This document shows, in pieces, positions 1 to 14,483 of a stretch of DNA of 64,000 nt (positions are counted from its first letter, which is position 1; every line of letters starts with the position of its first letter). Source of the stretch: Adineta vaga (lineage: Eukaryota > Animalia > Rotifera). The translations under genes were made by a program, and so were the position numbers. The notes beneath the pieces are model-generated. The model was not told the DNA's origin. It searched no databases and was given only the letters and a program-made list of their open reading frames with translations. The stretch covers positions 10,788,001 to 10,852,000 of the forward strand of contig CP075493.1 in NCBI GenBank assembly GCA_021613535.1. Reading direction: 5' to 3'.

Positions 1-667
1 TCCATTCAGGTAATAACCATAGTTCAGGAAAGAGAGAATTAACACCTTCCCACGGCATAACTCCTAGAACACATAACCAAAATTTTGCCCAACTTGGTGC
101 ATATATTGCACCACCTTCGGATTGAATAAATTGATAAGCTTTTTGTAATCGTTCATTTGAAAAAGGAATATCTAGTAATCGTAAGGAAATATAATTCAAA
201 ACCGTTCCAAACATAGTTGATTTATTTTCAATATGTGTTCCCCAACCACCATTTGGTAATTGATGATTGAATAAATATCGAATTAATTGATATTTTTGTT
301 CGTCAGAAAATTGAAAGTTAGTTATATAAGATGTAATAACTGCACCAGGTAATAGAAACATAGGACCACCATAATCACCAGGCCAATGACCATCTTCAAC
401 TTGTAATGATGAATAATAATTAATTGCATTCAACATACTTTTAACTATCGACGAAGAAAGTTCGTCTTTCAACGATGGAATTCGCATTTTTTCATATTGA
501 TCTTCATTAACATTGACTGGTTTATAATTTTCTTGAAAAGCATTGTCTCGAAAGATTTTATCGGCTGAATTCGCATTTTCTTCATTGAAATTGACTAAAT
601 TCGAAGATTCATTTTTAAAATATTTCCAAATTTGTTGTCCACGATCACAAATTAATCGCCAAGCCAT
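1..667 (-). CDS. Oxidosqualene cyclase (cycloartenol/lanosterol synthase family), 5' part; continues off the left edge
   Basis: Manual translation from ATG at 667: MAWRLICDRGQQIWKY...QVEDGHWPGDYGGPMFLLPG...HQLPNGGWGTHIENKSTMFGTVLNYISLRLL...PSWAKFWLCVLG...PELWLLPEW. Open and intronless to base 1. Absent from the ORF track, presumably because it has no stop in the window. Confidence 0.95.
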   Translation of the reverse strand, partial: MAWRLICDRGQQIWKYFKNESSNLVNFNEENANSADKIFRDNAFQENYKPVNVNEDQYEKMRIPSLKDELSSSIVKSMLNAINYYSSLQVEDGHWPGDYGGPMFLLPGAVITSYITNFQFSDEQKYQLIRYLFNHQLPNGGWGTHIENKSTMFGTVLNYISLRLLDIPFSNERLQKAYQFIQSEGGAIYAPSWAKFWLCVLGVMPWEGVNSLFPELWLLPEW

Positions 668-1016
668 AATCACCAATACAAAATGTATTATAAACTTTAA
701 CGAACGAAAAAGGATAACGAAGTAAAAAAAAGAAATTCGTTCTCTTCTTTTTCAGATGATATATAACCTCTATGATGTAAGATAAGAACAGCAATATTGT
801 ATTTTGTTTTATTTACACCTATAAGATTAGTTTATTTCTTGGTTAGAATGATGCAGATGTGATCACGCCATTGTCAGTCGATTGGCAGAATAGAATGCAA
901 ATATATTTTATACATCTAGTAAGTATTCTACTTATAGTTTTTAAAGGAAAACAATATAAATTAAAATTTAATGGATATTGTAATATATGTATTTTTTTTC
1001 AATGAGAGGAAATAGT

Positions 1017-2614
1017 CTATGTAATATTTAGAACTGTTTGCATGAGTGGTGCAATTTTATCGACAATATTCGATGTAATGAATTGTGTACGAAAAAAGGT
1101 TCGAACTCTATGTGACAGTTTTTGAATACGAAAGATAACAGCTAATACTTGAATAAAGTATTTATAAGCTTCATGTTCACCTTTTTTATTAACTATATAA
1201 TTCCAAAGGATTCTTGTGTAATGACTTTGAGCTCGACTCACAGCTATTGGATCGTTTAATGATCGTTGATTTTCGTCCATTGATAATCGATCAGTAAATA
1301 GAAGAATCGTCATGAGAATGGATAATACTGCTGGATCTTGTTCAGTTAATGCAACAAGTATCAATTTCATTTCAATAAAACCATCTAGAATATTACTTGA
1401 ATCACCGCATAATTTATAAAATTGACGATGTTTTTCTTCTTCTGCGGATGTACAATGATCAGCTGCTGTTTTATGAAGATAACATTTAAATATTGGAAAA
1501 ACAGATAAAAGATTATGTTTGATCAATAAAAGACGATCATCACTATAATCGAGATTTTCAAATTCATCGATATGACGAAAGAAAGTGATGAATGATAAAG
1601 CAATCTGATTGGTATTCTGTGACCATGAAACAAGAGCCGAAGTTTGATCAGATGTATCGAAAACAAATTGACATGGATGTAGATTTTGAAACATTGATAA
1701 GAATGATGATCGAACACTTTCAATAGTAAGCCAATCTTCAATCGATAATGTTCCAAATAGAAGATTTTCCATTCCAATTGAATCTTCATTTTTGGTTTGA
1801 TCGATATCTAATAATAACTAGACAAAGAGAACATTTCTCTATAAAACTGATTCTACAAACTTACACGATCAAAATCATCAATTGGTTCTATATTCGATAC
1901 GATTGATGATGTGAAAGATTGTTGTGCTGTCGCACTTCGATTTTCTTCAAGACGTTTTTTACGTCGTTGTTTTTCTTCTTCACTCAAAATGAAATCTTTT
2001 CTCATTCCCACTGAAAAACAACGATCTAATCGACATCGAGGACATTTTCGATGTACATCATGAGCAACTGAACATTGACCTTGATTTGTAAAACAACGTA
2101 GTTTTTCCTTTTAAGAAAAAAACAAACAAAAGAAACCATTTCGAATGACAAAGTTATCAAAGAGAGATGAAATTTACTCGAGATTGATGAGCATTTCGAC
2201 GAAAAAATGCTTTACACGATGCACAAGACAGAGCATCATAATTAAATCCAACAGCACGATCTCCACAAATAGCACAAACTAAATCAGCTGATTTCTTTGC
2301 ATACTTCATTTGTTTTGATCGAGTTTGATGGGGAGAATCAAGTGCTCTTTTATATACTTGATCACTTCTTGGATTCTAGAAAACAAAAAAGATATTTAAA
2401 TTATGAAATCTTTGTCAAGACAAATACGAACATGTGCAGAAATATCAGCAAGAAAAGCTAAATCGATTATATCATTTTCATCTTGATTCGTTGATGAAAC
2501 TTCATTTGGATGATCCAATTCCACGATACGTGTATTTGATTTTTTAGTTAATGCTATTTGACGAATTAAATCTTCATCAGACGTAATAATAATCATTTTG
2601 GTTTTTGTAGCCAT
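1017..2614 (-). CDS. Nuclear hormone receptor (NR1-like DBD + LBD), 4 exons
   Basis: C4 fingers CAICGDRAVGFNYDALSCASCKAFFRRNA and CFTNQGQC...CPRCRLDRCFSVGM; LBD in ORF 1017-1772; GT-AG introns of about 55-70 nt. Confidence 0.92.
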
Positions 2615-3121
2615 ATCGTTCTTTTTTGTATATGAATGACAAATTCTATATTCAGTTGTGTAACATGTTTCTTTTCTAGAAATAATTATATAAGTCGTTT
2701 GAATATTTTTTAGATGGTAAAAATAACTACGATAGGCAGAAAAGCAAGAAAAACATCAAAACACTGTTTCATTCGAGAGAAGGAGACGGAGAAAAAAAAG
2801 AAAAGGAAAGAAAAACTTTTATACGTTGTGTTTTTCTTCTTTCCTCCCTATTCTTCTGACACCTGAGTCATTTCAAATGTGTCATCTTTGCGGACATGAA
2901 TGATGCAAGCATATTCTATTTTTAAAGATTTTCTTATTAAATAAATAAACTCACGATATTCTGTAAAGAACATGACCTCGACGAAAATACCTATATAAAA
3001 ATCGACAGTCAACTCATGCGCATATATATATACATTAAGAAATGAAAGAGAAAAGATGTTTTTTTTGTTTCTAACTTTTAATTGAATATTCATTTTTCAG
3101 GAACAAAATGAATTATTAAAC

Positions 3122-4723
3122 TTATGAAATATGTAATACAGTTTGCATCAATGGTGCCATTCTATCAACAACATCGGGTCCCATATATTGTACACGAAGA
3201 AATTCTCGATAGATTTTACCAGTTGATTGAATTTGAATAATAACATTCATTAAACGAGTAAAATATTTGTATGTTTGTCCTTCTCCACATTTATGAACTA
3301 AATAATTCCAAAGAACATTTGTATAATGTGCTTGAGCAGTATGTACAGCTAATGAATCTTGTAATTGTGGTTGATTTTCATTCATGGAGAAGCCTTGAGA
3401 AAAGAGCAAGATGATCAACAGAAGAGAGATTATTATTGGATCTTGTGATGTTATTTCTACTAATGAGGTAACTGATTTGACAAATGTATCTCGAACACCA
3501 TATGAGTCACCACATAAACTAAAGAATAGACGATTTTTTTGAGCGAAGACATTATCTTCACTTGAACAACAATCATTAATTGGTTGATAAGCAAAGCATT
3601 TTGATAGGGTGAAGAGTGAGATGAGATTGTATTTAATTAATAGAAATCGATCATCACTGTGTAAAGTTTGAAATTCTTCAATTTTACGAAAAAAATTTAT
3701 AAAATGAAGAGCAACTTGATAAGCAAATTGTGACCAAGACAGAAGTGCCGACGTACGATCTGTTACATCAACACAAAAACATTGAAAATTATCGCGTGGA
3801 AATGTTGATAATAATGATGAACGAATATGTTCAATAGTTTGCCAATCTTTAGTTGATAATGGATCAAATAAAATATTTTCAATTTCATTTGCCGTAAATG
3901 TTTCATTAAGAAGAAAATCGTCACTATCGTTGATCATATTCATCAATAGCTAAACGATAACAAAGTTATCTTTGAAAATTTGTAGAGAAAATAAAAAGTT
4001 ACTTGATCGATATCATCGAGTGGTTCACTTGTGGATATGGCTGTTGATGTTGAAGATGAACGTTTCGATGTTAAACTTCGATTTTCTTCAATTAATTCTC
4101 TTCTTCGTTGTTTTTCTTCTTCCGTAAGAATAAAATCTTTTCTCATTCCAACTGCAAAACAACGATCCAATCGACATCGAGAACATTTTCGACGCGTTTC
4201 ATGAGCAACTGAACATTGACTTTGATTTGTAAAACATTTCAATTTTTCCTAGAAAAATACTCAGAAATATGATGATATCATAGAGACAAGAAACTTACTC
4301 GAGATTGATGAGCATTTCGATGAAAAAATGCTTTACATGGTGCACACGAAGGTACATCATAGTTATATCCAATAGCACGATCACCACAAACAGCACAAAC
4401 AAGTTCGACGGATTTTTTTGATAATTTCATTTGTTTTGATTGATTTTCATGAGGAGATTCGAGTGTTCGTTTATATATTTGATTATTATTTGTGAAATTC
4501 TAAAGAAATAAAATACTTCGATTTATGTACAACTCTATTGAAATGAAATACAAACACATGTAGATAAATCGGTAAGTAATGTATGTTTATCCTTGATGAT
4601 TGAAGATGGTTGAATATTATCGTCCAAATCAATAATCTGTGTATTTGCAGTTTGATTTGAAGATAATCTTTGAATAAAAGTTTCATCGCATGTAATAATG
4701 ATCATTTTCGTTGCGCCAACCAT
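3122..4723 (-). CDS. Nuclear hormone receptor, tandem paralog of the 1017-2614 gene
   Basis: CAVCGDRAIGYNYDVPSCAPCKAFFHRNA; CSRCRLDRCFAVGMRKDFIL; LBD in ORF 3122-3946; same exon layout and the same APLMQTVL C-terminus. Confidence 0.92.
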
Positions 4724-6159
4724 TCTAGTTTCTTATTCACCAGACCACGCACTTGTCAAGTTTTGTAAAAGAGAAAAAATATCGCGTCAGGATAAAAATC
4801 TTGTGGGTCTACAAATAGAACAGGATAATTGTTATTTTGCATTGTATTTTAACGATAAAAACTATGAAGAAAAGAAGAAAAAACAACTAAGCACTTATGT
4901 TCTACTATTCATTTGCCAACTCGACGTCTTACTCATATTCATATGTCATTGCTGATGCAACCACAATTAAATCTTGTTTTTCATCTCACACAATATTCTT
5001 TGAGAACTACATTGAAGTTTGAGTCACTACGTATCAACAAATAGAGATATAAATCGAATTAATTAGATTCTTAATTCATGAAACGACCATAGGTGACAGT
5101 TCGAAATAGATTCATCAATCAAAATTACATCTTATTTAACCCGAGTACAAATTAAAACTGAAGATATAATTAGGTACCATATTCATTCTCAGAGAAAAAA
5201 TATATATAAACAATAGAACGATGAAATGATCTGTCAGTGCAGCATTCGAGACAATCAAAATTTGATTCGAATTTATGATAAGTAATAAGTTGAAACCTTG
5301 AACCGTATAGCACATCCATACTTTACCAGTCAAACGTACTTCATACATCATATGATTTATTATAGGTGAGACATCCTTTCAATAGAATTTTAAATAGAGG
5401 GCAATAGATGCTTTTATATGAGTATAATTTCAAGTCAATTGTTAAATCTATACAATATGAATTGTCACAAGAATGAACGTTCATTCCATGAAAATAAGTA
5501 AATAACATTTCCAACTAGCATGTCCTATGATATAAAATATATATATAAAATAGATTTTTCTTTAATTTATTTACATTAGGGATGATGTATTTCATGTATA
5601 TTATAGCAAGCTTACGTGTTTTCATGTCTTGAAAATATTTGGATCTTGAATAAATATGAACATGTCGAATATTCTAACGTTACTTATTTGACCGTATGTT
5701 GTTTTACACCTTTATTAAAGGGTGCTTTTGGTAAACATTTGTTGTTTAAAGTAGAATGAGTTTCATTTTCTTGTCGACATAGAATATTGAATACAGAATT
5801 TAATTTGATAAAAATTGCTGTTTTTGTCATATTCAATTTCTATGTTATTAAATATAATGAGAAGAAAAATTTATTATCCTGTAATGTATTTTGTCTGTTA
5901 CAATAACGATTCGCTTGTCAAATACATCCATTCAGAGGCTTTAAGTTGAACGAGAAGAATTTATTCTTTTGTATATATGATAGTTTCGTTGTAAAGTAGA
6001 AAAAAAATATGAAAGTCTTCAATTGGTTAAGTGAAATCCTCTTTTCGTTTTTTTTTGTATAGAGGTCACTTTTAATACACAGGTTGGTCTCTTATCTTTA
6101 TATATTTTGAAAAGTATGACATCATTATTGTTCAACGATAATTTTTTTGCACAAGGACA

Positions 6160-6170
6160 ATGACATTGCA
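6160..6170 (+). promoter_or_regulatory. Candidate antioxidant response element (Nrf2/CncC ARE)
   Basis: ATGACATTGCA followed by an A-run matches RTGACnnnGCR(www); about 60 nt upstream of the TGR ATG. Confidence 0.4.
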
Positions 6171-6230
6171 AAAAAAGAAGATTGTTCTTATATGTAAGAA
6201 ATTTAGTCTTTATTTTTAGAAAAACGAATA

Positions 6231-8819
<2,589 letters not shown>

Positions 8820-8876
8820 AGTTGCCCTGGCTATATAGACCAGGGCTTTTTTACTCAATTGAAATAATCAACATCG

Positions 8877-8963
8877 AATGATATTGTTTTTTAATGATAA
8901 ATTCGTCTGCCAAAGCTCGTACTAAAATGTCGAGAAGCTTCGAATTTTGATTATCATATCATT
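8877..8963 (+). promoter_or_regulatory. SECIS element (type 2) in the TGR 3'UTR
   Basis: Helix I AATGATAT/ATATCATT; core ATGAT (8894-8898) with TGAT (8948-8951); helix II AAATTCG/CGAATTT plus GC/GC; unpaired AAA (8912-8914); apical mini-stem CTCG/CGAG. Confidence 0.85.
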
Positions 8964-9554
8964 TATGCTATTATATCATTGAGATTTATACATGCTATAT
9001 TTTTCTAAACCATTCCTTGTTATTACTCTGACTAACAAATTTTCATTGTTTCCTTTTTCTATTAATCTATGCACACAATAAACTACTAGACCTTCCTTTA
9101 ATTTCATATCTTGATGCCATCTTTGTTTTTAGCGAAAGAAACATCGATTTTTTGATAATAAATCGACTTAATTGAATATGAGTACTTTTACACTAGAGAT
9201 ATGACGGTAATGTATTCTTCTCGTCAGATTGATCCAGGCTTTATTTAAAAATTCCAAATGAAGAGTCTTTGATAATTATCCAATTTCCACGTCATATAAG
9301 TCAAGTCTTACATTTGATTACGACATGCTAATACGTCGTTGTAATTATTCGTTTACATATACCTGACATCGATATTTATGTATGACGAAACAATAACTCG
9401 TTTACTATTATGAAAGTGAATAGAATATTCTTGACGCTATTATGATGTATTCATAATTTGCTCTTTAGGTATAGATACGAATAGGGAAAAGAGAAAGAAA
9501 AATGACGTATTTTAATTCTATATAATACGACACTATTTCTTATTTTCGAACTAA

Positions 9555-11588
9555 ATGGGAAATAACAATATTAAATTCTTCAATTCCAAAAGAAATAAAT
9601 CGGTATCCAATTCAACAATTCCATTAGAAGATTTGAATATCGTTTTATTAAATGCTTTCAATCGTGATGATTTCGATCGCATTTCAAAACTTCTATCTAA
9701 TCTTCATCAAATCTTGCCATCGATTCGAACATTCAATGATTCAAATCAATGTGAAACATTTCTCAAAACTGAAGTTCACGATAATCAATTCATATTCTTA
9801 ATTGTATCTGATACATTACGTGAAGAATTTATTCCACGTATTTATGATCTAATTTCTATCGATTCTATTTATATCTTGTCTCACGAATCGATTGAAGATC
9901 TGAAAGCCAAAGAAAAGATCTTTTCAGATGTATCTTCTCTTTGTCATCAATTGAAACAAGATATTCGTCATTGTCAAAATGATTTAATTCCAATTCATTT
10001 ATTCAATAAAACAATATCTCCTAATCAATTGAATCAACTTGAACCGAATTTTATGTATTCACGTTTATTAAAAGAAACATTAATTAATATTCAATACGAT
10101 GAAAATGCAAAGCAAGATTTCATCAAATATTGTCGATCACAATTGATCTTTTTACATAATGATGAAATAATGATTTTGAATGAATTCGAACGAGATTATG
10201 AAAAACATTCGCCAATATGGTGGTATACAAGAGAATGTTTTGTCTATGAAATGCTTAATAAAGCACTTCGAACAAATGATATTGATATTTTAATTAAAAT
10301 GGCATTTTTTATTCGTGATCTTCATCGTGAAATTGAACGTTTATATATTTCTCAAGATCATCATTCCATGATTGTGTATCGTGGTCAAGGTATGTCAAGT
10401 GGTCAGTTTGAAAAATTATGTAATTGTCAAGGTGGTTTAATTTCTTTTCCAAATTTTCTTTCGACAAGTTTGAATAAACAAATCTCATTGGATTTTGCTC
10501 GGCGTGCTCTAGAAAAGCCAGGTCTTCGTGGAATTATCTTTCGAATGAAAATTGATCGGAAATATTCGAATTTGTCAAATCCATATGCATCAATTCGTAA
10601 AAACAGTTATTTCAAAAGTCATGAAAAAGAAATTCTCTTTTCTACACATACAGTTTTTCGTCTCGAAAATATTCATGCAATGAAAGATGAACATAATATT
10701 TGGCAAATTGATTTAAAATTAACGACAAATCAAGATGATGTACAACTTGAACAATTAACAAACTATGTTCGTGATGATATTCAATCGACTTCAAATCCTT
10801 GGGAAAATCTCGCAAAATTATTATTAACAATGGATGAATATGATAAAGCGCAACACATTTATGAAAATATTCTAGAAAAAACATCGGAGAATGATTATGA
10901 ACAAATAGCTTTTCTTTATCATCAAATCGGTTGTATTTATAGTGAAAAGAAAGATTTTGAACAAGCATTGAATTATTTTGAAGAATCCCTTTTTATTAAA
11001 GGAAACTATTCACCAGCGAAATATGATGATCCACAATTGGCCGATACATATTCAAATATTGGTTCCATCTATCATGAACAAGGAAAACTTGATGATGCTT
11101 TACAATATTTTCAATTTGCACTTGAAACACATACAAATGATCAAAGTATTTTAGCATCAATTTATAATAATATTGGAATGGTTCTTAAACGGCAAGGACA
11201 ATTTCGAGATGCCATCGAACATTTCGAAAAAAGTCTAGAAATTGATTTACATCGTCTTCCACCGACACATCCTGATTTAGCAATAACATATTCGAATATT
11301 GGACGAGTTTATTTGACATTAAAAGATTATTTTCATGCAGTAAAATATTTCCAAAAAACTGTAGATATCCGTCGACTTTCATTACCACAAAATCATCCAT
11401 CCTTATTAATTGCAATAACTAATTATGAAAATACATTAGCATTAATGTCAATCAATGGTTTACAAGCAATTTCATCAGCACCGATGCAATCCCAAATACG
11501 AGCGACAAAAGTGAAATTATCCAAGCATTCATGTCGATTGCGAAGAAGAATTTCAAGTTACATTCAAATTATTAAAGAGAAACATTGA
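9555..11588 (+). CDS. R-S-E class ADP-ribosyltransferase domain + TPR repeat protein, intronless
   Basis: PIWWYTRE..YEMLNKALR; catalytic signature VYRGQ / FLSTS / EKEILF; TPRs (YSNIGSIY, YNNIGMVL, HPDLAITYSNIG). Confidence 0.9.
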   Translation: MGNNNIKFFNSKRNKSVSNSTIPLEDLNIVLLNAFNRDDFDRISKLLSNLHQILPSIRTFNDSNQCETFLKTEVHDNQFIFLIVSDTLREEFIPRIYDLISIDSIYILSHESIEDLKAKEKIFSDVSSLCHQLKQDIRHCQNDLIPIHLFNKTISPNQLNQLEPNFMYSRLLKETLINIQYDENAKQDFIKYCRSQLIFLHNDEIMILNEFERDYEKHSPIWWYTRECFVYEMLNKALRTNDIDILIKMAFFIRDLHREIERLYISQDHHSMIVYRGQGMSSGQFEKLCNCQGGLISFPNFLSTSLNKQISLDFARRALEKPGLRGIIFRMKIDRKYSNLSNPYASIRKNSYFKSHEKEILFSTHTVFRLENIHAMKDEHNIWQIDLKLTTNQDDVQLEQLTNYVRDDIQSTSNPWENLAKLLLTMDEYDKAQHIYENILEKTSENDYEQIAFLYHQIGCIYSEKKDFEQALNYFEESLFIKGNYSPAKYDDPQLADTYSNIGSIYHEQGKLDDALQYFQFALETHTNDQSILASIYNNIGMVLKRQGQFRDAIEHFEKSLEIDLHRLPPTHPDLAITYSNIGRVYLTLKDYFHAVKYFQKTVDIRRLSLPQNHPSLLIAITNYENTLALMSINGLQAISSAPMQSQIRATKVKLSKHSCRLRRRISSYIQIIKEKH

Positions 11589-11923
11589 CTTTTTTTCTTC
11601 CGTTGTTTTGTAGAATATGTTAATTAAAATAATTAAATCGAATTTCGTCTACAGAAGATATTCTTTTTCATCTATTTTATCTCTCATTTCGATGAGAAAT
11701 TGTACTTTTTATCGTATCAGGTGAATGGATACAGTGCGTTTCTTAAATAGATTTTAAGTATTTAATGGAAAGAAAAAGTACCATTATTTGGAGTGAATTC
11801 TACTTGAAATTAAATGTTTTAGTCATTTAATTTGGCATTTGTCGATATATATCAGTGCATTCTGATTGCCTACATCTTATGAGTAGATTTTTAAATATTG
11901 AACATCAACTTTCATTTCCTATT

Positions 11924-13417
11924 ATGATGCTACGAACTATTAGTTTATCGTTTCATCTGTTAATCATAGTTGAAAGTTCACAACGTATTGGTTGCATTGA
12001 TAATGCAGCATATAGTTTATTGAATTGGACCACCAATATCATATTGTCTAATATGACCTGTGATGAATGTATATGTTATGCATTTCCATCCGATTATCAG
12101 AGCTTTAATTGTTATACAAATAATAAAACATGTGTATTCTCTACAATTGATTTTTTATCATCATCCATGTTACAAATCAATATTAATTCGAAATTTTTCT
12201 TTAGAAAATTAGAGTTATTACCAATAACAAATGAAGGTAAACTACTCATTCAAATCGTACTCATTGTAATCTTTTTTTAACTTTTGATGTTAAAAAACAA
12301 AAAGATAAAATTCTTCATTTTTTTCTCTCTTATTTTTAGTTACATCAAGTATTGCAACATCTGCGTCACCAAGTAACTAATTGAAAACAAATTCATCTTT
12401 TCCTTTGTTTTGTTAAAGACTAATTGCTTTTGAGTGGGATTTTCTTTTTTTTCTTCTGGAATCTTTCGTTTTTATTGATAAATAATGGGAAAAAATTTGC
12501 CATTTTTCTTTTTAGTTTATATACCGATCTGGAATACAACAGCCGTTGTTGTTGCTAGTGTTGGTTCTGCCTTAAATCAAATCAATCATCCCTATGGTCT
12601 CTTCATTCCTGCGAATAGTGATATTTTATACATAGCTGATTCTGATAATCAACGAGTTTTAAAATGGCTTCCGAACGCTACAAGTGGACTCATCGTTGCC
12701 GGTGGTCAAGGAAAAGGATGGAATATCACACAATTAAATAATCCAAGAGAAGTCTGTATCGATCGAGATGAAAATATCTATGTTGCTGATTCTGGTAATT
12801 ATCGCATTCAACGCTTTTATAGTGGATCTTTGATTGGTGATTCAATTGCTGGTAATGGTTCCTATGGTGCAATCAATAATTCATTTGGAAATATATTAGG
12901 TCTTGGTGTTGATCTTTCATACAATGTTTATGTTTCCGATTATGATCGAGCACGTATTACAAAATGGACGCCAAATGCCACATCTGGAATACGAGTAGCT
13001 GGCAATGGTTCTCAAGGAAATACGCCATATCAATTGAATATTCCAACTGCATTTTATACTGATCCAATCATAGGTACACTCTATATTCCTAATCAAAGTG
13101 GACATTGTGTTACAAAATGGTTGTCAGGAAGTACATTTGGAGTAACTGTTGCAGGTGTATGCGGTCAATCGGGAACGAATGAAACTTTATTGACTAGTCC
13201 CAAATGTGTTACATTCGATAAATATGGATATATGTATGTTATCGATGGAGTTAATAGTGGTCGATTAATAATGTTTCTTTCAAATTCATTGATTGGAATG
13301 CCAATTATAACGAGTGGTTTAAATAATCCCATTAGTTTAGCTATAGATACTCAATTAACTATATACATATCTGATTGGAATAATAATCGTATTGTTAAAT
13401 ATATATTATTGAAATAA
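11924..13417 (+). CDS. Secreted Apple/PAN-like + NHL-repeat beta-propeller protein, about 3 exons
   Basis: Hydrophobic leader; TCDECICY...FNCYTNNKTC; NHL repeats YIADSDNQRV, YVADSGNYRI, YISDWNNNRI. Confidence 0.82.
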
Positions 13418-13480
13418 ATAAACATGATTCTAATAAGGCGCTTGATTAAATCAACGATATTTGCGTTTTTTTTCTTCGAA

Positions 13481-14483
13481 ATGTTATTTTATTTAATTTT
13501 ATTCTGTTTCTTGAATGTTCTCTACAAATCTTTTGGATTAATTCAAATTGAATTTGATGTTAAAGGTGAATGTTCTGTTCGACTTGAAACCGATAAAGGT
13601 GTTGAAATATGTTTAAATCATAAATGTTCGGATTTCAAAGATCCATGGCGAGTCATCAATAGTCATATTCAAGATCAACCATGTTATCTTAATTATCTTC
13701 GATTATCATTTACCACATATGATCAATTACTTATCTTTATTGAAATACAACATGCAAGTGATAATTCGCTCGATAGTTTCTTTGCTACTGATGAAACAAA
13801 ACATACTTTACTTGAAGTGAGAGATTGGATTCTTTTTTTTTTATTATAAGTCTTCATATTTTATTTAGATTGAAATCAATAAAATCTATCCATTGAATGA
13901 AAATTATTTTCTTACAGAAGATATGTTAAATAAATTAGGTGGACGAACAGGTAAAATATCTTTATTACAAATTGAAATTCTTAATTGGTATAATTCTCCT
14001 CGAACGATGGTTCAAACAATTGAAAATGATATTGTCGATCGACAACCATTTCAACAAATAACAATTCTCTATCAATGTCTTCTTCGCAGTTCAATGGAAC
14101 GATTAGTTCTCGCAAAATATCTTATTTATCAAGAAAGATCAACATGTCCATCACAAATTAATGTAACTAAAGGTGAAGATTTATTATTATCATCAAAAAG
14201 TCAATCAACTGAATATATAAAATATGATTCAATGAATACATTTCAATATGATTATTTTAATAAAGTTAAAAGTCTTTATGAACCATTGAATTCTTCTAAT
14301 CATACATCAGATGAAAATTCTCACCAATGGAATTCTCTGACAAAAGTTTGTAAAGAAATTCTATTCTTAATTGAGATAAATTTCCTCTTCTAGATCATTA
14401 TCATATTCATTATTATTATCATTGTAATTATTTTTATGGTTTATCAACATTATTGTTCTAAATCGATGAATACTCGAGAATAG
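13481..14483 (+). CDS. Uncharacterised single-pass membrane protein, 3 exons
   Basis: Signal peptide MLFYLILFCFLNV; ORFs 13424-13849 and 13893-14393 joined by GT-AG introns; last exon IIIIFIIIIIVIIFMVYQHY...RE* is a TM helix with a short tail. Confidence 0.65.

Noticed and set aside
8824-8852. Rho-independent terminator (hairpin + T-run)
   Set aside because: Context is an intron-rich eukaryotic gene and the SECIS lies downstream, so transcription must continue past it.
10642-11415. Antisense ORFs inside the ART-TPR gene, and similar ones inside other genes
   Set aside because: Shadow frames of real coding sequence.
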